Assembly: GCA_944372505.1 (NCBI GenBank) | Contig: CALVZK010000001.1 | Coordinates: forward strand, 385,185-449,184 | Length of the DNA stretch: 64,000 nt | Origin: an uncultured Clostridia bacterium | Lineage (GTDB): Bacteria > Bacillota > Clostridia > Christensenellales > UBA1242 | Direction of reading: 5' to 3' | In this document: positions 22,601-29,610 of the stretch, in pieces | Layout of the letters: each line of letters begins with the position of its first letter | Position numbering within the stretch: the stretch's first letter is position 1 | Notes under the pieces: generated by a model | Database searches by the model: none | What the model saw: the letters and a program-made list of their open reading frames with translations, nothing else | Told to the model about the DNA's origin: nothing | Program-made: the position numbers and the translations under genes

Positions 22601-23559
22601 ATATTATCCCATGATATATATCCATCTTTATTTTGTTCTTCTACACTATTGTAGACAGGAATAATATTGTCGAGTACAGTTAAAGAAAAATATGTACTTG
22701 TAGACAATTTTTCATTATTCAAATCAAAAGCAATAACTTCAACAGAAACACTATCCTCATTATTTATAGAAGAAAAATTATAAGAAAACTGATTACCAAC
22801 TAAATTTTCATAAATTAAAAACCCTTCAATAAAAACATTATAATAAGCATTTTCTTTGTCTTGCCAAGTTATAGTAGCATTGAAATCATCTCTCTTCTCA
22901 ACAGGAATAACAGTTAGATTTTCCAATTTACCCATCACTCCATAATTAATAACTTGTCCATCTGTCAAAGAAGAAGCATCAATATATTTTTTTTCATCTT
23001 CTAATGCTTGTAATTTAACGTAATAGCAACCTTTTTCACTTAACTGATAATAGTCTTGTACTATTATTTCTTCAAAAATTAAATTATCATAATCAATTTC
23101 CAGCAAATCTGTAATATTTGCAATTAAAATCTTGTAATTAGTTGATGAAATTTCTTCGCCTTTTACTATCGCCCTTGAAATATCCCATGAAAGCAACCCT
23201 TCTTCATCAACTCTTATATTTGTTGGCAAAGAAAATTGATATTTTATAATTAATTTACAACTAGCAAAATTTTTGTTGTTATATCTAGCGAAAACAATAG
23301 TTTCTCCACTACTTTTTGCTACAAAATTTTTATTATCTTCAGAGGATACTAGTTCTTTATTAGAAAAAACAATTTCAACAGAATTTTTATCTCCAATTTT
23401 TAAATTTAATTCATCATAAAAATTTATACTTTCTGAAATAGAAAGCACATATGTATCATTTTTAAATTCACCACTGACACTAGGTTTACTAGAACAAGCG
23501 ACTAAAGAAATCAAAGATAAAACCATCAATGCCAAAACAGTTAGAATTTTTTTCTTCAT
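13696..23559 (-). CDS. Giant surface lipoprotein (3287 aa) with FN3/Ig-like repeats and a C-terminal beta-helix-like domain
   Basis: Uninterrupted 9.86-kb ORF; signal peptide with LVAC lipobox; at least 11 recurring xSW(D/E/Q/N)...Y-x-V/I strand motifs; C-terminal GTESSPYLISNAEQF followed by NxGxIxN turns; AGAAGAGG RBS. Confidence 0.85.
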   Translation of the reverse strand: MKKKILTVLALMVLSLISLVACSSKPSVSGEFKNDTYVLSISESINFYDELNLKIGDKNSVEIVFSNKELVSSEDNKNFVAKSSGETIVFARYNNKNFASCKLIIKYQFSLPTNIRVDEEGLLSWDISRAIVKGEEISSTNYKILIANITDLLEIDYDNLIFEEIIVQDYYQLSEKGCYYVKLQALEDEKKYIDASSLTDGQVINYGVMGKLENLTVIPVEKRDDFNATITWQDKENAYYNVFIEGFLIYENLVGNQFSYNFSSINNEDSVSVEVIAFDLNNEKLSTSTYFSLTVLDNIIPVYNSVEEQNKDGYISWDNIDNAERYLFTFIDNSTGEEFNLVKNKENYNFEVFDGLPSGGYTLVVNSLGGVSGNNLYLTSHSSGVYDFAKLNTPNAKVVFDGNKAIINIVEDFYNTNYKVSFSDKVLYFDKNEFEIDLSGLEVGEYNLSIIALPVEDRPFIYEEVQYENILNSNPFNFQFFVLDELSEVDHNYYEQENRSVFTILEIANANYYEIYVNEDLVEDAEILIQNSVVYITIYNLKDFIPQDNIYNIKIIAGNRDEFKVEHAILSQKYKTLEILPVVLQSSQQENGYYSWENLEEKYNGFYQIYYEIFKADKNYFINSDVIQSGYTMDGVIENKLDFGYYVIKVYSISNLTNKFLNCNFHDNNNCLIGNFFVTIQNDTPSAVLIKENDNFYLEISTVEYGGGYNVYIDDNLDGSIEVNNDSAKATYRFANGFEQSKNYNIKIVATSGSKYDGQIHLDSTPYEMFIERLAMPRFVVQESFDSLGIKNHEWLQVQNIENIEEIIVKIDQQLVALDDQNKIDIYSYDNDFNISLQFISKANEENQYYLNSLIRTVNINRVEAPSNMQFYDGIVSWNVQDANIENYYITIILTNSQNGNYYSSFWSNNTQNYFNLQELVNDLLINDISFATHYRIAESVNVKIYSFVQDNDLGGGEFNISSLYGKTTTGKDEIILTQLQSPLLTFNSDTKILQWNQVADETKYDIYIDNIAVLENYTECSISLDKIKSVDWSLQKEVFVRSVNPNYLDSQDSNVLFIKQIAPVSSVNVGKYQDKYIVSFNFINDISNIENVFVNGSTDNVSYTAGSNSGYFFIEDYIVNDFEIQVIAKDNGNNYYLDSNKVTYNLSNLANETFMLTQVGDILSWDRLAVDCEGQSKYPVNYMLYIMNEDKTYNISVNGNEFSIQEIEEQIGIVLSSEVKIYVKASTIDYSLTTQNDFAKGYYGEIISNEISIKKIDAINDLSYKILQDEKSVSQIDKYLNSYAIVSWQDIWTDLVDIKFEITITSKQSEVLTFTTGQGESENYSLILDKNTYNLTLKKSLLTSEISNVSIKVISLGSISSESAEIILNRYQTIIDASIDNNGLLNINFENSIANNSDIYFQLTIGGTYTTDYVFTADQLPLNLNDYDNLLKGRYGEYSIKILLVDEDGTENILPSYNSFNLTGRKLQGVENLHINDSGNIIITVFNEDLTNIIFYAKAIINGEEVVKEFVPNLQSEQTNIFEISMIDFLQIFYNEKDLTLNYLKENNYEFEITVGKNNSVTADWANFDFNYKTDNSAIIKRSSDFSQDYIIFDILNENVLNDITVTFSIEIIYQDQMIREYKTAVATRGYWKTTSQNDKGTFVTTLGDDQSEEILYSACYAINLKELLSNIDYGIIQINISRIGYDSTNENYYQFTEYNFVIKKLNTVQLDVSFKNNILSWSWIKPEDFVDETTFTPYSYYVVIREIIEGEENKLVTKLQVNTESIDLRNVLDIIPGKQYNISIIALPSITETLVLASNEVAYTGLIYKFETPSSLQITEGKITFDADKFKTNNEFINYLNDYFGVTKNSENKPVLYELLGTNNNFINPITFTSSNLSSQYIKIKFTLRKDGSDTSVVYQTDIIPAYHLFPDVTIYNMDSDYAQINKEISYFDLLKTYLNLNLSNVSGNSAENTKSLINTLMKSSRGISGDSILFNDFGVSIPAGEYSVSVYQTSPNSLNVIDSKVSESIIMYVNPSPSVELQKNNRTEEGSLGNKNYYEVKVTNIPLYLYNEESSSYIQELATEFKLIMRFNYESDIHKYEDNEYIEFDIRYISGNWAIFYDNEEINDIIHDSTINNFTINFTNLRDYLLNYGFDNITNKSIRVDLYAFTNDEGNLITNVSSQSGQIIYGSINGKNTSINLTFLDLNDNNIFIEEGNLGINFDSGENNSDSILVKYFTTASGEQNKIVQIGTNSTVYLDFDYSGEYKYIVLSINGTISNNTMRVESQSYAILNTYKLSTPLLSTSQNNLYVALTSTDISKSDLLTYKLANNLTIDEENGYYYTSPQITTTYLLHQFGYSEEYYENEAQQFYVYLLGNTGKFTSIKEENISGSDNLLIFNGNKESYPILSSNESIINAEMLKDLQKNPIVYNGNIMWESSSIDNLKEGTQLLYQVDIKYYDLVQDGSSRRYEFILSETYYTTSTTLNYSYIDNTYNYYIISVTALAGTITNEQATNKVKTIEENYYNITNSVFYENGSNVLRGQVVSVGEEKENGFVTRTDPAILTENMTGISGNSIEFLIKASVYNNNPNDNNTILELEKNLSTSSRIEIISKYVDEKLVEHTEILSGSFNFSEYTGIDAIGYVKVTFTLDEGQLEIPYAISIEIRNYIYSEENSLLMSNPLIINNVYKLTNISENYYSIVLQKDGNQYKTYIDFSNYFNQVSVSRDNTCYKLIIEAQNKISEEILTFEFTSSNESKLFELSEEYSLIKVQVVDNQSSTQGNRKLILSSDIKIFEIENTEVKDENNEWLKISWDSQYCIFTWQWDEDHNDLNNNSYQYYVSINQGGNIINEITTNNYYMPQQGGNINIQSFSVRARLISNQLENKIYIFSEQINYNLDQGPINYTLFAGGKGTESSPYLISNAEQFLEIYKRNREGTTIYYKLISDIILGDNFLIQLEKEEIDFRKFTFYGVLDGKNNSTTYTLTLNVSDYLVTEEPYSVSLNGYNADFNNFFALFENIDSSAIIKNLNIDLNISINSLNNTNLLISPLALYNAGTIQNVNVQNVTFDNLSGSGSNAVFVGGIACVNYGLIKNCENNSTFTFEMKQNLSLRFAYAGITLFNATNLQSSGEIQNSFNYGNKSIRVAQNNNVSYLSGITLVNSGYIVRSGNDGNFDVYTISSITAFTSYQTGVTIISNFGTIEYCYNNGLMTKSSSVGSLYRSGITYSITGGTINYLAETQGYALISNAPQPPTDHGKNYAVSNSGTSASINTINLSVLNPINAGEEYYFSIISIEDGFLAQITHN

Positions 23560-23714
23560 TTAGACCTCTTCTTTAGTATTTTCATAATAACACTTTTTTA
23601 GTCTATAAAGCAAATGATTTGACGAATTTTGAATTATATAGTTATAAATATAAATAATATACAAATATGAAACACAAAAAAAACACTTGTTCAAAACAAT
23701 ATTAAAAATAAAAT

Positions 23715-23743
23715 AAAAAGCATGGTAAGTTTCAATGCTTTTT
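23715..23743 (-). terminator. Hairpin terminator after the yabP-yabQ-divIC-like unit
   Basis: aaaaagcat-(11 nt)-atgcttttt; symmetric A/U flanks, so it could act in both directions. Confidence 0.55.
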
Positions 23744-23767
23744 ATTTAAAATAAATTTTATTAACTT

Positions 23768-23944
23768 CTAAATGACTTTCGATTGAATTATAGTATCTGT
23801 TTTATTTTGTAAATCATTTAAATCCTGCTTCTTTTTATTAATTACAACACTTGTAATAATTACAAAAATAATTAGAACAATTAATCCTATTATTAATGAA
23901 ATATCGATTATTTTTCTTTTTTTATTTTTATTTTTTTCTTCCAT
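23768..23944 (-). CDS. Small DivIC/FtsB-like septum-formation-initiator candidate (58 aa)
   Basis: Not in the ORF track because it is under 60 aa. I translated it by hand: MEEKNKNKKRKIIDISLIIGLIVLIIFVIITSVVINKKKQDLNDLQNKTDTIIQSKVI. It has a basic N-terminus, one TM and a short polar tail, and sits where divIC follows yabQ in Bacillus. Confidence 0.45.
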   Translation of the reverse strand: MEEKNKNKKRKIIDISLIIGLIVLIIFVIITSVVINKKKQDLNDLQNKTDTIIQSKVI

Positions 23945-23969
23945 TGTTAATATTTTATCAGTATTTTAA

Positions 23970-24293
23970 TCATTTTTCAATCTTTTTTTTATTTTTTAAA
24001 GATTTTATAACTTTAAACATAAATTTTGATAAATATCTTTGAAAAATAAACGCGAGCAAAAATATTAATAAAACATAGAATCTAAATTGTCCGAAATTTA
24101 CCAACAAATTTGTTCCCCATAAGATTACAAATGAAAATACAACTCCTAAAAAATCAAAAAATATGTTCACAAATTTAATTTTTTCACAACAAAAAGAAAG
24201 GGCTTTAAATAAATCAAAAACAAATCCTGCTAAAAGCCCCGCTAAAAACATAAATAAAATAATAATTGGTTGATTTAAAGTTGGATATAACAT
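23970..24293 (-). CDS. yabQ: Spore cortex biosynthesis protein YabQ
   Basis: 107-aa polytopic membrane protein directly downstream of yabP. Confidence 0.7.
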   Translation of the reverse strand: MLYPTLNQPIIILFMFLAGLLAGFVFDLFKALSFCCEKIKFVNIFFDFLGVVFSFVILWGTNLLVNFGQFRFYVLLIFLLAFIFQRYLSKFMFKVIKSLKNKKKIEK

Positions 24294-24299
24294 ATATCT

Positions 24300-24554
24300 T
24301 TATTTGAAAATTCTTTTTAAGAATGGAACTTTGTTAGCTGCAGAAGCAAATTTAAGTTGACTAAAATTACCTTGTAAACAAACTTCTTTTTCTTCTAAAT
24401 TCAATTTTTTTACCTCAATATTCTGTCCTGAAATAACTATTGTTTTTTCTTCGGTTTCGACAACTGCTTGATTGTTTACAGAAGAAACAACTTTTGTAGC
24501 CCCTTTAATAAGAAGAACATCTCCTTCTAAATGCAAAATGCTATTCATATTCAC
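24300..24554 (-). CDS. yabP: Sporulation protein YabP
   Basis: 84 aa; the pattern LxGxxxLxIxG...ISGxNIEVKKLNLEE...LxGNF is typical of YabP. Confidence 0.8.
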   Translation of the reverse strand: MNMNSILHLEGDVLLIKGATKVVSSVNNQAVVETEEKTIVISGQNIEVKKLNLEEKEVCLQGNFSQLKFASAANKVPFLKRIFK

Positions 24555-24627
24555 CTCTTTTTAAATATATTCTATAAAAAATACAAAAATGATAGATTTT
24601 GACACAAATTTATAGTAAAATTAAATT

Positions 24628-25452
24628 ATGGAAAAATTAGTTTTTAAGGTAAGTAAAGAAGAAAAATTAGCAAATATTTTATTAAAAGAAGGCTTTTCAT
24701 ATAATACTTTTTGCAAATTATTAAGAGAAAAAGATATCAAAGTTAATAATATTAAAGTTTCTTCAAACATTATTGTTCAACCAAATAGTGAAATATGTGT
24801 CTATTTTAATAATAAGAACCATTTACCCAATATAGAGATTGTTTATGAAGATGAAGATTTATTAATTATAAACAAGCCCCAAGGTTTAGAAGTCGAAGGA
24901 GAAGATAGTTTGTGCTCTATATTAAATGCATATGCGGTACATAGGCTTGATAGAAACACAACAGGATTAATGATTTTAGCAAAAAATTTAAAAGCTAAAA
25001 ATGATTTGACTAGGGCAATAAAGTTACGACAAATAGTAAAAAAATATATTGCTGAAGTTGTTGGAGATTTTCAAGTTAAAAACAAGGTTTTTGAAGCATA
25101 CTTAACAAAAGATAATAAAAACAGTTTGGTAAAGATTTATCCAAATAAAGTTAATGGTTCTGTCAAAATAATGACTAAATTTAATACTTTAAAACACTCC
25201 CCTTCTTCCAGCACAATAGAATGTACTTTGATTACAGGAAAAACTCATCAGATTAGAGCCCATCTTTCATTTTTAAATCATCCTATAATTGGTGATGGCA
25301 AATATGGTAAAAATGAATACAATAAAGTATTTAAAGCGAAATTTCAACATCTACATTGTTATAGTCTATCTTTTAATTGCGATAATAACTTAAATTATTT
25401 AAATGAAAAGACATTTATAAATTATCCTAAATTTTATAAAAATGACGTTTAA
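24628..25452 (+). CDS. RluA-family pseudouridine synthase with N-terminal S4-like domain
   Basis: HRLDRNTTGL catalytic motif and GKTHQIRAH motif. Confidence 0.9.
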   Translation: MEKLVFKVSKEEKLANILLKEGFSYNTFCKLLREKDIKVNNIKVSSNIIVQPNSEICVYFNNKNHLPNIEIVYEDEDLLIINKPQGLEVEGEDSLCSILNAYAVHRLDRNTTGLMILAKNLKAKNDLTRAIKLRQIVKKYIAEVVGDFQVKNKVFEAYLTKDNKNSLVKIYPNKVNGSVKIMTKFNTLKHSPSSSTIECTLITGKTHQIRAHLSFLNHPIIGDGKYGKNEYNKVFKAKFQHLHCYSLSFNCDNNLNYLNEKTFINYPKFYKNDV

Positions 25453-25473
25453 ACTTTTTTAATAAGAGGGAAT

Positions 25474-25971
25474 ATGTATTATTCTATTTACAACTCAAAA
25501 TTAGGTAAAATGTATATGTTGAGTAATGGTAAACAACTATTCAGATTATATTTTGAAAATCAGAAAAACGGTTTACCTATACCTATTTCATTTATAAAAA
25601 ATGATAAAATTGATATTTTTATAAAAACAAAAAAATACTTAAAAAATTATTTTAATGGTAAAATAGAAAATTTTAATTCTAAACTATTACAACTTGAAGG
25701 AACCGAATTTCAAAAAATGGTTTGGAACATTCTATTAGATATAAATTATGGTACTACAACAACATATAAAAATATTGCTGATAAAATTTCGATAATTAAA
25801 GATAAAACCAAAATGTCTTCACAAGCAGTTGCTCATGCTATTAGTCAAAATCCTATAATAATTATTATTCCATGTCACCGAGTTATAGGAATTAATGGAA
25901 AAATCAAAGGATATAGTGCTGGTATTTCAAAACAAAAAGAATTACTTAAATTGGAAAAAATTATAAAATAA
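25474..25971 (+). CDS. ogt: Methylated-DNA--protein-cysteine methyltransferase
   Basis: IPCHRV active-site motif and GTEFQKMVW helix; 165 aa. Confidence 0.9.
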   Translation: MYYSIYNSKLGKMYMLSNGKQLFRLYFENQKNGLPIPISFIKNDKIDIFIKTKKYLKNYFNGKIENFNSKLLQLEGTEFQKMVWNILLDINYGTTTTYKNIADKISIIKDKTKMSSQAVAHAISQNPIIIIIPCHRVIGINGKIKGYSAGISKQKELLKLEKIIK

Positions 25972-26011
25972 ATGAAATTTTCTTATTTCACTTTTTTATT
26001 ATATTTTAAAT

Positions 26012-26020
26012 TGATATAAT
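26012..26020 (+). promoter_or_regulatory. Extended -10 promoter (TGaTATAAT) for tRNA-Pro
   Basis: TGATATAAT ends 8 nt before the mature tRNA 5-prime end; there is no good -35. Confidence 0.4.
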
Positions 26021-26028
26021 ATATTTTA

Positions 26029-26104
26029 CGAGGTGTAGCGCAGTTGGTAGCGCGTGCGGTTCGGGACCGTAAGGTCATGGGTTCGAATCCCATCTCCTCG
26101 ACCA
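26029..26104 (+). tRNA. tRNA-Pro (anticodon CGG)
   Basis: Hand-folded cloverleaf: acceptor cgaggtg/ctcctcg (one U-U mismatch), D arm gcgc/gcgc, anticodon stem tgcgg/ccgta with loop ttCGGga, T arm atggg-ttcgaat-cccat, encoded CCA. Confidence 0.9.
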
Positions 26105-26143
26105 AAATAAAGACAATATCTTATTTCTCATGTATAAAACTTA

Positions 26144-26166
26144 ATAGAATATTTCTATGTTTTTTT
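26144..26166 (+). terminator. Weak hairpin plus T-run after tRNA-Pro
   Basis: atagaa-tat-ttctat followed by gttttttt. Confidence 0.4.
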
Positions 26167-26206
26167 GTATGATAAAATAGGTTAAAATCTATTTAAAAAT
26201 TAAAAG

Positions 26207-26235
26207 TTGACTTGTAAAAGATTTAATGTTATAAT
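26207..26235 (+). promoter_or_regulatory. Near-consensus sigma-A promoter (TTGACT-N17-TATAAT with TG extension)
   Basis: Read directly: -35 at 26207-26212, a 17-nt spacer ending in TGT, and -10 at 26230-26235, 27 nt upstream of the 836-aa ORF start. Confidence 0.75.
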
Positions 26236-26262
26236 AAAATAGATTTAAACAAAGGAATAAAT

Positions 26263-28773
26263 ATGGACAAAGAAGAAAAATCATTAAGACAACTTTTAAA
26301 AGAAAATGGTTATAACCTCGATAACCTTTTTACTTCAGGAGTTGCAAATAGTGAAGAAACTAAGGAACAACTAGTAGGAATTTTAAGTGATATTATCAAA
26401 AATCAGACTAATAATTCAAGCAAAATTAATAAAGTTGAAGGCAAAATCGATGGAGCAGATTTTTATTTAGGAATAATATCTGACGCTCATTCCAAATTAT
26501 ATTTACTTGAAAATTATCTAAGTCAATTAAATACTTTAGGAGGTAAATGTGTCGTTACGGGTGATATAAGTAATGGCTCAAATCACTTTAAAGGACATGA
26601 TAATTCTTTAAAAGAATCCTTAAATTTAACTAACGATGTAATTTCCATTGCAGATATCATGAAAAGGTATCCTGAAATGTTTATTGGTTATGTAGAAGGT
26701 AACCACGACCAATGGATATCCGAAGGAACTAGTCTACTACTTGGCCATTTAGCATGTAAAATTGCTGGCGTAGATAGCATTTATGCTAAAAATGTACAAC
26801 TTATAACTCAAAATACAAAAATTAATGGGAAAGATATTCCGTTCAATTTCTTAATTGTTCATGGCGAAGGTATGCCAAGCAATATTATTAACGCATTAAA
26901 AAATGCACTTTCCACTGCTTGTAGCAAAAATGTAGATGCTATTATTTTTGGTCACACCCATAAAATGGGCAGTGCTTCAACAACAATTCTAAAAAGAATT
27001 GCCAATGGAACTTGGCAAGAAAGACAAGTTACAGCATACAATCCAGGATCTATTTTGGAAACAAGCGATTATGCTGACAAAGCAAATTATCCCCCGCTTA
27101 CTCCATTTGATGGAACGGTGCTACATTGCAGTGTTGTAAAAGGCAAAAGCGGAGAATACAAAAAATGTATAGATTTAGAAAATGTAATGAACATAATCAA
27201 CAAAAATGATAATTCCGTGTTAAATTCACTGGAAAGCACTTTAAATCGTTTAGAATCAAAAAAATTTAAAACAAAACAAGACATAAAAGATGCATATATA
27301 AAAATTTATGAACAATTTTTATCAAAAAAATGTGATTTTGACAAACCTCAAAATGGTCAATATCTTGTTAGTTTGAGCGGTATTAGTGATATGTATTGTC
27401 CAGATACACCTCAAGAGATCAGAAAAAAAATCAAAAAAGATTTATCTTACATAGTATCAGTTATTCAAGAAATACCAAACATTTCAATTGTCCTTAATGG
27501 TGATTTAATTTATGATTATAATAAAGGTTATATAGAAAAGAAAGATTATTGTTCTGACACCATAGCCGCCTTGCAAGACTTATGCGAAATATTAGCCCCA
27601 GTATCTAATAAAATTTGTGCTATAAACAATGGGAAAATGGAAGAAAGCATAATGAAAGTAGAACGAGATAAAGGAAATGGTAGGATAGGTAGTGGCAAAA
27701 GAAAACTTAAGGAACTTGCAAATTATGCTTCCCAAATATTACAACTAGATGAAAAACTTGCTTATGCCCCATATGATAAACAAAAAATGTACGAGGCACA
27801 ATTAGCAATACAAAATGACTCTGTAAATCAAGCAAATCAAAAAGTTTTAGATAAAGCTTATGAAAATTTTAAAAAAGCAATCACGCAAAAGCCAGAAATC
27901 TATGAACAAATATTTAAAGATGAAAAAAATATACCTAAATCACCTGCTTTATTTGAAAAGAAAGTTAAAGAATTTTTATTGGACAAATTGAGAAGAGAAC
28001 ACAAGGTTCTAGATATTTCAAATCCTGAAGATAAGAAAATTATTGATAAAAGATATCCTCTGTCAGAAATAGATTTAAGAATGCCTAATGAAAACTTAAT
28101 AGGAAATATCATTTGTAAAATGTTAAATTTACCAATAAAAACCACAAAAGTAAATTCAATTATTAATTCAATGTCATCTTTTAACATTTATAGTTCCGAT
28201 GGTAAAAATAAAACAATATCTACATGCTATTGCACTTCCCTTTCTAAATTTATGAGAGAATTACCATCTAGATTAAATAATATGGGAGAACCACCTGATG
28301 TTGTTTTATTAAATAATTATGTCACAAAATCTGGAACAGATTTACAAGAATTCACTACTCAAATAAGAATAAGTTACTTTAACGCAAATGGAGAGAAAAA
28401 AATTAAAGATGTTCTTATTATTGATAGTGGAAGTTTTGCATACAGTAAATATTTAACAAATGGCAAAATCCCTACAAACTTAATTTATAAAATAATTGAT
28501 GTTGACCCGATATTTAAAACATTGATACCGAAAAATAGTATTAATTATATGGACCCGGAATCTAAAAGACCAGCAATTGAAAAATTTAATTATGAAAGTA
28601 TAAAAAATCAAAATAATCAACAATTAGATAAAACTATCAGAGAAAAAATTAAAAAAAGTGCTATAAAATGTTTAAATAATTTTGATAAATTAAAATATTT
28701 AAAAGAAAACGATAAATTGGGCAAAATTATCAGTGAGCAATTAGATGAAATTTTTGAATGGAGTGAAGAATGA
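26263..28773 (+). CDS. 836-aa protein with an intact calcineurin-like metallophosphoesterase domain and a second, degenerate copy
   Basis: Motifs DAH (aa 74-76), GD (100-101), GNHD (146-149), H200 and GHTH (230-233). The second half aligns to the first (DVVLLNNYVTKSGT against DAIIFGHTHKMGSA; DSGSF against NPGSI) but has lost the metal-binding and catalytic His residues. Confidence 0.7.
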   Translation: MDKEEKSLRQLLKENGYNLDNLFTSGVANSEETKEQLVGILSDIIKNQTNNSSKINKVEGKIDGADFYLGIISDAHSKLYLLENYLSQLNTLGGKCVVTGDISNGSNHFKGHDNSLKESLNLTNDVISIADIMKRYPEMFIGYVEGNHDQWISEGTSLLLGHLACKIAGVDSIYAKNVQLITQNTKINGKDIPFNFLIVHGEGMPSNIINALKNALSTACSKNVDAIIFGHTHKMGSASTTILKRIANGTWQERQVTAYNPGSILETSDYADKANYPPLTPFDGTVLHCSVVKGKSGEYKKCIDLENVMNIINKNDNSVLNSLESTLNRLESKKFKTKQDIKDAYIKIYEQFLSKKCDFDKPQNGQYLVSLSGISDMYCPDTPQEIRKKIKKDLSYIVSVIQEIPNISIVLNGDLIYDYNKGYIEKKDYCSDTIAALQDLCEILAPVSNKICAINNGKMEESIMKVERDKGNGRIGSGKRKLKELANYASQILQLDEKLAYAPYDKQKMYEAQLAIQNDSVNQANQKVLDKAYENFKKAITQKPEIYEQIFKDEKNIPKSPALFEKKVKEFLLDKLRREHKVLDISNPEDKKIIDKRYPLSEIDLRMPNENLIGNIICKMLNLPIKTTKVNSIINSMSSFNIYSSDGKNKTISTCYCTSLSKFMRELPSRLNNMGEPPDVVLLNNYVTKSGTDLQEFTTQIRISYFNANGEKKIKDVLIIDSGSFAYSKYLTNGKIPTNLIYKIIDVDPIFKTLIPKNSINYMDPESKRPAIEKFNYESIKNQNNQQLDKTIREKIKKSAIKCLNNFDKLKYLKENDKLGKIISEQLDEIFEWSEE

Positions 28774-29027
28774 AATACGGAATTGAACAGCAAGGATTTT
28801 TATTAAAATGTTCTAATTGTCAGAACATTGTATCAAAAAACGGAGATCTTCAAAAAAATTTTTGTGAAGAATGTGGTGCCCCGTTATCTGTTACAGCAAT
28901 AGCAGATTATGAGCAACAAAAAGAAGAAACTAAAAAACTATTATTAAACACAATGAAAGATATTGCAATTAAAAACAATACTGATTCTTTCACAAAAATA
29001 ATAAAAATTATGATAGAAGAATATTAA
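28770..29027 (+). CDS. Zinc-ribbon protein (85 aa)
   Basis: CSNC-(17 aa)-CEEC ribbon followed by a helical tail; ATGA start/stop overlap with the upstream gene. Confidence 0.6.
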   Translation: MKYGIEQQGFLLKCSNCQNIVSKNGDLQKNFCEECGAPLSVTAIADYEQQKEETKKLLLNTMKDIAIKNNTDSFTKIIKIMIEEY

Positions 29028-29052
29028 TTTATAATTTTTATAATAAATATAA

Positions 29053-29610
29053 TTAATAATTAGTTCTTAACTCCCAAATAATAATATTTTCTTTTTTAAT
29101 TCCAACTGGTATATCAAAAAAACTAAATTCAACTATAATATCAAACAAATTATTATTAAAAATAAAATCTATAATTTTATCTATATAAGGAATAACTTTA
29201 ACTCTTTTATCGAAAATATTTGTACATATACTATAATCAGGATTGTTAGAGGCATCTCTGGTAGTGAATGCACTATTCATCGTAATACTTAAATTAATTT
29301 GCATATCTGTATAAATTAAAATTTCACCAGTTATTTTTTTGTGATTTTTATAATTTAATCCACTTAAAGTAATTAACACATTTTTTGTTTTTTTTAAATA
29401 ATAAACAACTTGTTCTAGCGACAAGTTGTTTTTAAATTTCTTTGACATCAGACTATAACTATCCCTTATAGCAAATTTTAAATTACGATATTTGCTCAAA
29501 AAATTTTCTACTTCATCAAAATTATCGCCAGTAAATGCTATATATGGAAAATGATTTAAATTTAACATTTTAATTTTTTGCATACTTTCTAATTTATTTA
29601 AAATAATCAT
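29053..29610 (-). CDS. Hypothetical protein (185 aa), partner of the radical-SAM-like gene
   Basis: The start was chosen at the ATG forming an ATGA overlap with the upstream stop (29607-29610). No domain was recognised. Confidence 0.55.
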   Translation of the reverse strand: MIILNKLESMQKIKMLNLNHFPYIAFTGDNFDEVENFLSKYRNLKFAIRDSYSLMSKKFKNNLSLEQVVYYLKKTKNVLITLSGLNYKNHKKITGEILIYTDMQINLSITMNSAFTTRDASNNPDYSICTNIFDKRVKVIPYIDKIIDFIFNNNLFDIIVEFSFFDIPVGIKKENIIIWELRTNY

